Shown here piece after piece: positions 57,842 to 64,000 of a DNA stretch of 64,000 nucleotides; the first letter of the stretch is position 1, and each line of letters starts with the position of its first letter. Under the pieces are notes generated by a model. That model did no database searches. It saw only the letters and a list, made by a program, of their open reading frames with translations, and was not told the DNA's origin. The translations under genes and the position numbers were made by a program. The DNA is from Planctomycetaceae bacterium (lineage in GTDB: Bacteria > Planctomycetota > Planctomycetia > Pirellulales > UBA1268): positions 25,260 through 89,259 of the forward strand of contig WTHB01000162.1 of the NCBI GenBank assembly GCA_011523305.1, read 5' to 3'.

Positions 57842-59974
57842 ATGCACGATACGGCTTCTTTCCTCGCGCCCGACGGCCGCCTGGCGGCGCGGATTGCCGG
57901 CTGGGAATCGCGGCCGCAGCAGGTTGCGATGGCCGACGTGGTGGCCCAGGCGATTACGGACAAGCGCCATGCCATCGTCGAGGCCGGAACCGGCACAGGA
58001 AAAAGCCTGGCCTACCTGATTCCGGCGGTGCTGGCGGCAACAGCCGATCAGGACGAGGCTGCTGCCGAGCCAGCCGCCGCTGCTGGTTCGGCAGCGGAGC
58101 AGGATGCGGCTCCGGGAGAGGAGCCACCAACGGAAAACAGGCCTCGGCGGGTGGTGATCGCAACCCACACCATTGCCCTGCAAGAGCAGTTAATCACCAA
58201 GGACATTCCCGTGGTGGCGGCCGTGATGCCAAGGGAGTTTTCAGCGGTGTTGGTGAAAGGCCGGGGCAACTACGTCAGCCTCCGGCGGCTGGCCCTTGCC
58301 CGTGAGCGGATGGCCAGTCTGTTTCAGCACGATGAGGAGGTGGCTGAACTGGAGGGGCTGATTCAGTGGGCCGACCAGACCCGCGACGGGTCGCTGGCTG
58401 ATCTGCCGAGTGTGCCGCGGGGGTCGGTCTGGGATGAGGTCCACAGCGACTCGGGCAACTGCATGGGGCGAGCCTGCCCGACCTACGCCCAGTGCCACTA
58501 CTACGCGGCCCGACGGCGGATGCACCATGCTCAGGTGCTGGTGGTCAATCATGCTCTGTTCTTTTCGGACCTCGCCCTGCGGCGGAGTGGAGCCAGCCTG
58601 TTGCCGGAGTACGACATCGTCATTTTCGACGAGGCCCACATGGTCGAGTCGGTGGCCAGTGACCATCTTGGCGTCGGGATCTCGAGCGTGGCGGTCGATC
58701 GCCTGCTGTCGCGGCTTTACAACGAACGCACCAACCGGGGCCTGCTGGTGCATTACCAACTTGACGACATCCGGCCCGATGTCATTCAGGCCCGGCGGGT
58801 GGCCGATGATTTTTTTTCTGGCGTCTTTCATGCGGTCTCCCGTCGCGGCGATGGCCCGTGGCGAATTGCCAGCCCCGGGCTGGTGCCCGACACGCTCGGC
58901 GAGGTGCTGCTGGCACTGGGCCGAAAACTGCGGGCTGCCTCTGACCGGCTCTCGAGTGCAGCAGAGCGGCAGGACTTTCAGTCCCAGGCTGACCGGCTGA
59001 CGGCGCAGGCCGGGGCGGTTCGCTGCTGGCTTGAGCAGGCTGAGCCGGGCAGTGTCTGGTGGGTGGAGGCCCGGCAGGGGCGGCGGAGTGCGCCAACGGT
59101 GAAACTCGCCAGTGCCCCCATCGATGTTAGTGGGGTGCTGCGGCGGGAACTGTTTCAGCGGGTTGACTCGGTGATTCTGACCAGCGCGACCATTGCAGTT
59201 GGGGGCACGGCCGCACCGGCGGAGGACGATGAGTTTTTTCCCGATCCCGTGCCGAACGAGGCGACTGAAGACGAGCCGGCCTTTCAGTACATTCGCCAGC
59301 GGCTGGGGCTTGAGTCTGCCCTCCAGCGGCGGCTCGACAGCCCATTTGACTATGCGTCACAGGCCGAGCTGACGCTGGTGGATCGGCTACCCGATCCGAG
59401 CCAGCGGGAGGCCTACGACCGTGAGGTGGCCCGGATGCTCCAGCACTGTGTGGCAGAGTCCGCTGGCCGCACGATGGTGCTCTTCACCAGCCATCAGGCA
59501 CTGGCCAAGGCCTCCGCGGAACTTGCCGGGGTGTGTGTCCGCGAAAAGATCAGGCTGGTCAGTCAGGCTGACGGGCTTTCGCGGGGGCGGATGCTCGAGG
59601 ACTTTCGGGCGGCCTCCCGGGCGGTGCTTTTGGGGACCGATGGCTTCTGGCAGGGTATCGATCTCCCGGGTGATCTGCTGACCCAGGTGATTATTCCCCG
59701 GCTGCCCTTCGCCGTCCCCGATCGGCCACTGGTGGCCGCGCGGATTGAGGCGATCAAAGCGGCAGGTGGCAATGCCTTCGCCGAGTATCAGCTGCCGGAG
59801 GCGGTGATCAAACTCAAGCAGGGCTTTGGGCGGCTGATCCGCACCCGCGACGACCGCGGCCGGGTGGTGATCCTCGACCCCCGGATGCTCACCAAACCCT
59901 ACGGCCGAATCTTTCGGGCCAGCCTGCCCCCCGCCCGGCTGGTGATTGAGCGGATGCCGCGGGTGGTGGGGTGA
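57842..59974 (+). CDS. DinG/YoaA family ATP-dependent DNA helicase
   Basis: [35 protein letters not shown] and QGFGRLIR. Confidence 0.95.
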   Translation: MHDTASFLAPDGRLAARIAGWESRPQQVAMADVVAQAITDKRHAIVEAGTGTGKSLAYLIPAVLAATADQDEAAAEPAAAAGSAAEQDAAPGEEPPTENRPRRVVIATHTIALQEQLITKDIPVVAAVMPREFSAVLVKGRGNYVSLRRLALARERMASLFQHDEEVAELEGLIQWADQTRDGSLADLPSVPRGSVWDEVHSDSGNCMGRACPTYAQCHYYAARRRMHHAQVLVVNHALFFSDLALRRSGASLLPEYDIVIFDEAHMVESVASDHLGVGISSVAVDRLLSRLYNERTNRGLLVHYQLDDIRPDVIQARRVADDFFSGVFHAVSRRGDGPWRIASPGLVPDTLGEVLLALGRKLRAASDRLSSAAERQDFQSQADRLTAQAGAVRCWLEQAEPGSVWWVEARQGRRSAPTVKLASAPIDVSGVLRRELFQRVDSVILTSATIAVGGTAAPAEDDEFFPDPVPNEATEDEPAFQYIRQRLGLESALQRRLDSPFDYASQAELTLVDRLPDPSQREAYDREVARMLQHCVAESAGRTMVLFTSHQALAKASAELAGVCVREKIRLVSQADGLSRGRMLEDFRAASRAVLLGTDGFWQGIDLPGDLLTQVIIPRLPFAVPDRPLVAARIEAIKAAGGNAFAEYQLPEAVIKLKQGFGRLIRTRDDRGRVVILDPRMLTKPYGRIFRASLPPARLVIERMPRVVG

Positions 59975-60142
59975 ATTGCGGGGACGTTCTTGTCTTCCGT
60001 GTTCCGTGAAAGATCTGGGCAGTTCCTAAGAAAGCATTAGGGTGGGCAACGGAAACCTAGTCGCTCGCCCGCGAAGTTTCGTTTACTACGCCGTCCTGAC
60101 AGCGGCGATTGGCCACGCTTCTCCAAGGATCTGCCGGTTTTC

Positions 60143-62155
60143 ATGCACTCATTTTTCACTGGCTTTGTTCGAAGGTGGATGCGTGTCACCGCCTGTCTGA
60201 TGCTGCTTTCAGCCACGGCAGGGGCCGCCGAAAGTTTCCCGCCTTTGGCAGGTGGAGCGCCGCCACAAAACCTTACGGAACTCTGGCAGGGTTATGACCC
60301 GACAGCAGAACCGCTCGATGTGCAGGTGGTTCGCGAGTGGAACGCCGATGGCATCACCACGCAGTTGCTTACCTATCACGTTGGCACCTTCAAGGGACAG
60401 CCGTCGCGAATGGGGGCCTATTACGCGTTTCCGGTTGATGCGAAGGCTACACTGCCGGCACTCCTGCAGATGCACGGCGGTGGCCAGCGGGCGGAGCGGC
60501 AGACCGTCGAAACCGCTGCGGCCAACGGCTATGCCTGCATCGCCATCAACTGGGGCGGCAGGCTGATGGCCGACCAGCAGCCGCAAGATCCCGGCACCGA
60601 CTGGGGGGCGGTTGATGCCACGCAGACAACGCATAACACCCACTATGGGTCGGTCGAACCCGACGCCACGACGCTCGATGCCGTGCCGAGCCCCCGGAAC
60701 AACAACTGGTTCTTGATCGCCGTGGCCGCCCGGCGGGCGTTGACCTTCTTGGAGCAGCGGCCCGAGGTCGACGGCAGTCGGCTGGGTGTCACCGGCCACT
60801 CGATGGGCGGCAAACTCACGGTGATGACGGCCGGGATCGACGACCGGGTGAAGGCGGCGGTGCCTTCCTGTGGAGGTTCGGCTGCTGCCCAGGCTGCCCT
60901 GCGGCAGCGGCCCGGTTCGGCCTGCCGACCACCAAATCAGTCGCCGCTGTACTTGAACGCAATCGATGACCTGAATGCCATTCGGCAGATCCGTTGCCCG
61001 ATTCTCTACCTCGGCCCGCACAACGACTTCAACGGCATGGTCGATCAGCTGTTTATGAACTGGAAGGAAATGCCGAGTGACTCAATCCACTTCAGCATCT
61101 CGCCGCATCTCAACCATCGCCATGTCAGTGAATCATCCTTCGCCGGCCCGCACTTTTTCGACTGTGTGCTGAAAGGGCAGGGGAACTTTCCTGCAACACC
61201 AGACCTGAAGGTGACGCTCAAGACAGCTGACGGCGTGCCAGTGGCCACCGTGACCCCGGACCGGCCAGCCGACGTTGAGCGGGTGGAGATCTACTACAGC
61301 GTCGATCCCCACGGCATCACCCGCTTCTGGCGGTCGGCGGCAGTGACCCGTGACGGAAACACCTGGATGGCCGACTGCCCGATCACCAGCACGAAACTGC
61401 CGCTGGTTGTGATCGCCAACGTCCAGTACCCCTTGGAAAAACCGATCGTGGGGCCACCGTGGAACCGCACCTCACCGGCGACATTCCTTATCAGTTCCTG
61501 GCAGCTCGATTTCGACCCGGATGAACTGACCGCTTATGGTGTGCGGGCGACTGATCTCCCAGACCGGATGATCGTGGAGGACTTTGACGGCTGGCAGGAC
61601 TGGTACCAGCTCAATGCCAACAACACCGACCACCACCAGGCGTTCACCCGAAAGGTGAAAGATCCAAAATGGCGGGGGCCGGATGGGGCGACCCTGGCGA
61701 TGGACGTGCTCGCGCCAAGCGGCGGCGAGCTGGTGCTGACCTTCAGCATGGCGGCCTGGGGGTGCTACGCGGGGGTGCCGCAGGGGAACTACTTTGCCGC
61801 TAAGTCACTGGCGGCCTCGGCCGACTGGCAGACCATCGAGTTTTCCCCAAGCGATCTGGAACCGGCGGATGACCGCACCCGCACCGGGCTGGCCAGTTGG
61901 CAATATCTAACCGAGCTGGGCATCGTCGCGGCCGTGCGAGGTCGCGAAGGCGGCAAGGAGGTGGTTCGGGCCGGGGGCCGCTGGCCGCCGGATCGGCTGT
62001 TTCGGAATCTCCGCTGGGAGGGCGGCAGTCAGCCTCAGGATCTGCTTCTGCCCGGGGCGGCCATCTCCAAGGCAGACTTTGGCCGGATTTTCCAACAGGA
62101 AATCGACACATCGGTCGAGCAGGAAGCCCGCGACGCGGCCGCGGCTGGCCGCTGA
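60143..62155 (+). CDS. Exported alpha/beta hydrolase (dienelactone hydrolase / acetyl xylan esterase-like) with C-terminal carbohydrate-binding-like domain
   Basis: Signal peptide; LQMHGGG, GVTGHSMGG nucleophile elbow, HNDF and HLNH. Confidence 0.82.
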   Translation: MHSFFTGFVRRWMRVTACLMLLSATAGAAESFPPLAGGAPPQNLTELWQGYDPTAEPLDVQVVREWNADGITTQLLTYHVGTFKGQPSRMGAYYAFPVDAKATLPALLQMHGGGQRAERQTVETAAANGYACIAINWGGRLMADQQPQDPGTDWGAVDATQTTHNTHYGSVEPDATTLDAVPSPRNNNWFLIAVAARRALTFLEQRPEVDGSRLGVTGHSMGGKLTVMTAGIDDRVKAAVPSCGGSAAAQAALRQRPGSACRPPNQSPLYLNAIDDLNAIRQIRCPILYLGPHNDFNGMVDQLFMNWKEMPSDSIHFSISPHLNHRHVSESSFAGPHFFDCVLKGQGNFPATPDLKVTLKTADGVPVATVTPDRPADVERVEIYYSVDPHGITRFWRSAAVTRDGNTWMADCPITSTKLPLVVIANVQYPLEKPIVGPPWNRTSPATFLISSWQLDFDPDELTAYGVRATDLPDRMIVEDFDGWQDWYQLNANNTDHHQAFTRKVKDPKWRGPDGATLAMDVLAPSGGELVLTFSMAAWGCYAGVPQGNYFAAKSLAASADWQTIEFSPSDLEPADDRTRTGLASWQYLTELGIVAAVRGREGGKEVVRAGGRWPPDRLFRNLRWEGGSQPQDLLLPGAAISKADFGRIFQQEIDTSVEQEARDAAAAGR

Positions 62156-62198
62156 GGGTCACAAAACACCGAAAACCGTCGGGAATCAGCCTGTCTGG

Positions 62199-62227
62199 GA
62201 AAAAAGGGGCTGAGGCCTCCTTTTTTC
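62199..62227 (+). terminator. Probable intrinsic (possibly bidirectional) terminator
   Basis: gaaaaaaggggc-tgag-gcctccttttttc: GC stem flanked by A6 and T6, 44 nt after the hydrolase stop. Confidence 0.6.
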
Positions 62228-62402
62228 ATGAAAGGTTCGGGCGGGCCGGAAGAAAATTCCCGACGGGGACGCGTCGGCTCTCTGCCGGCTCATCCGAAAC
62301 AGTAGTCTCCGCTGCGAACAGGCACGGCCTGCGTTCGGAGCTTCCCCGCTCGTTCGAGCGGTTTTCGTTTTTCTTGTCATCCAAATCAACAGAGGTGTTC
62401 CC

Positions 62403-63449
62403 ATGGATCAGACCTATCCTCGGTCGCCTGCGGCCGGTGCCCGCCGTGGCTTTACGCTCATTGAACTGCTGGTGGTGATCGCCATCATCGGCGTCTTGGT
62501 CGGCCTCTTGCTACCGGCGGTCCAACAGGCCCGTGAGGCCGCTCGGCGGGCTGCCTGTACGAACAAACTCAAGCAACTGGCCCTCGCGGCAAACAACCAC
62601 TACGACGCTCGGAAAGAGTTTCCGTCTGCCCGCGCAAACAACATGCTGAGTGGTCTCGGGACACATTGGGCAAGCTACAGCAATCTCACGGTGCTCTTCC
62701 CGTTCTTTGAAAACCAACAGCTCTTCGATGACCTTGTTACGTCAATTGCAGCTAATCAGGCACCGTGGGGTTACGGCACAAACAACGTAAATCGCACCTA
62801 TGTGGATGGTTTCATCTGCCCCTCAGAACTCAACGGGAATTCAGCAAGTGGCGGAGCAGGGTACGGTCGCACCAACTATCACGGCATGAAGGGAGACCTG
62901 ATGGTCAATGCCGGTAGCGGCGATCAGCGAGGTCCCATTGGTGGAGCTGGCAAACATATCAAGATGAGGGACATCACCGACGGGGTTTCCAAGACGATTC
63001 TGTATGCCGAAGTAGCCATCGGTGAGGCGAACGCCGATACTATGCCCGCAGGGGTCGGCATGGGTGTCAATCAGAATATGTGGACTGCACCATCTGTTTG
63101 TCAGGCTGCCTTTAGCGGGACAACGTACCCGACACCACTCGATAAAACGAATACCGCTGGCATTAACTGGGCCCGAGACAGCATGGCATTCACGCTTGTC
63201 TACGCCCATGCGGGACCAAACACACCGCGTTGCACGAGTAACCATGAGTGGAGTTTGTATCCTCCGGCGAGCAGTTATCACCCAGATGGTGTCGTTGTCG
63301 CGCTCTGCGACGGCTCCACCAAGTTTGTCAATGAAAATGTTGATGCCGGTGACCCAACGGTAGGGCCTTCGAGCAGAACCGGCCCCAGCATTTATGGTGT
63401 CTGGGGCGCCATGGCGACCATCAACGGTGGGGAAGCTGCGGGGCTGTAG
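62403..63449 (+). CDS. DUF1559 domain prepilin-type protein
   Basis: RRGFTLIELLVVIAIIGVLVGLLLPAVQQAREAARR, FICPS, ITDGVSKT and H-X9-DG (SYHPDGVVVALCDGS). Confidence 0.96.
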   Translation: MDQTYPRSPAAGARRGFTLIELLVVIAIIGVLVGLLLPAVQQAREAARRAACTNKLKQLALAANNHYDARKEFPSARANNMLSGLGTHWASYSNLTVLFPFFENQQLFDDLVTSIAANQAPWGYGTNNVNRTYVDGFICPSELNGNSASGGAGYGRTNYHGMKGDLMVNAGSGDQRGPIGGAGKHIKMRDITDGVSKTILYAEVAIGEANADTMPAGVGMGVNQNMWTAPSVCQAAFSGTTYPTPLDKTNTAGINWARDSMAFTLVYAHAGPNTPRCTSNHEWSLYPPASSYHPDGVVVALCDGSTKFVNENVDAGDPTVGPSSRTGPSIYGVWGAMATINGGEAAGL

Positions 63450-63535
63450 TTGCGGGTCAGTGTCACTACCGGGTTCGATGTGCCGCCGGTGAGCAAGTAG
63501 CCGATCGGTGGTGCCGTCATGAAGAGGAATTCCTT

Positions 63536-64000
63536 ATGTACCGTCAGCCCTTGTTTCTGACGCCACCGGTTCGCTTTGCGTGGTCCTTTACGCTATGCAT
63601 CGCCGTGCTGGGCGTCTGGGGGTGTGGGGGTGCCGACGTAGGCTTTCAGTCACAGCCTGTTGGCGGTGTGGTGCTCTTCAAAGGCCAGCCAGTTGAAGGA
63701 GCAACGGTTTCTTTTTCACCAGATTCAGGTGGTGAAGGCACAGTTGGCGTTCCGGCGGTTGGTCAGACTGGGCCTGACGGAACCTTCTCGTTGCGGGCTC
63801 TCCAGTCGGGCCGGCCCGTCACGGCTGGCACCGCAGTGGGGCAGTACATCGTGACAGTCGTGAAGCAGCAAATTCCTGCGATGTCTGACCCAGAGTTTGT
63901 CGACAACCCGCCGCCCGTCATTCCGCCTGAAATGCTGGAGCCAGAAGATCTGCTACCAGCCGTTTATCGCAGCGTGACCAGAAGCCCACTTCGGGCTGAG
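63536..64000 (+). CDS. Carboxypeptidase-regulatory-like domain lipoprotein, DUF1559 partner (3' truncated)
   Basis: Translated by hand, absent from the ORF track: MYRQ...VLGVWGCGG (lipobox-like)...GVVLFKGQPVEGATVSFSP...GQTGPDGTFSL...GQYIVTV...LLPAVY; open to the window end. Confidence 0.85.
   Translation, partial: MYRQPLFLTPPVRFAWSFTLCIAVLGVWGCGGADVGFQSQPVGGVVLFKGQPVEGATVSFSPDSGGEGTVGVPAVGQTGPDGTFSLRALQSGRPVTAGTAVGQYIVTVVKQQIPAMSDPEFVDNPPPVIPPEMLEPEDLLPAVYRSVTRSPLRAE

Noticed and set aside
1-64000. tRNA/rRNA genes, transposases, integrases, prophage or defence systems
   Set aside because: No diagnostic motifs recognised by eye. The exonuclease and DinG helicase are far apart and in housekeeping contexts.

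Overview
GC-rich, gene-dense chromosomal window from a planctomycete, probably Planctomycetia/Pirellulales-like. This is inferred from a DUF1559 prepilin-like gene with its partner lipoprotein, an LEPRxLL-type secreted protein, several sulfatases and lineage-typical hypothetical proteins. About 48 CDSs were called, mostly housekeeping (nadA, thiS/thiG, hisF, metG, epmA, lnt, lipA, argH, a DinG helicase, fcl, pilT), plus a three-sulfatase block. No tRNA, rRNA, CRISPR array or transposase was recognised. The most notable signals are: (1) a LipB-like protein lacking both catalytic residues, coupled to a ~1360-aa unknown protein and to intact lipA, with a free-standing lipoyl domain lacking the acceptor lysine ~12 kb away; (2) that lipoyl domain sits in a coupled operon between a glutaminyl-cyclase-like M28 enzyme and Lnt; (3) a membrane-anchored PilB-like pseudo-ATPase next to pilT; (4) an exported protein with a pseudo-receiver domain coupled to a receiver-less sigma54 activator; (5) three structured non-coding elements (10.4-10.8 kb, a duplicated ~60-nt hairpin motif at 52.56-52.74 kb, and a ~90-nt hairpin at 62.2 kb). 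All family calls come from reading motifs by eye, with no database searches. Many start codons were re-chosen by eye and are approximate.
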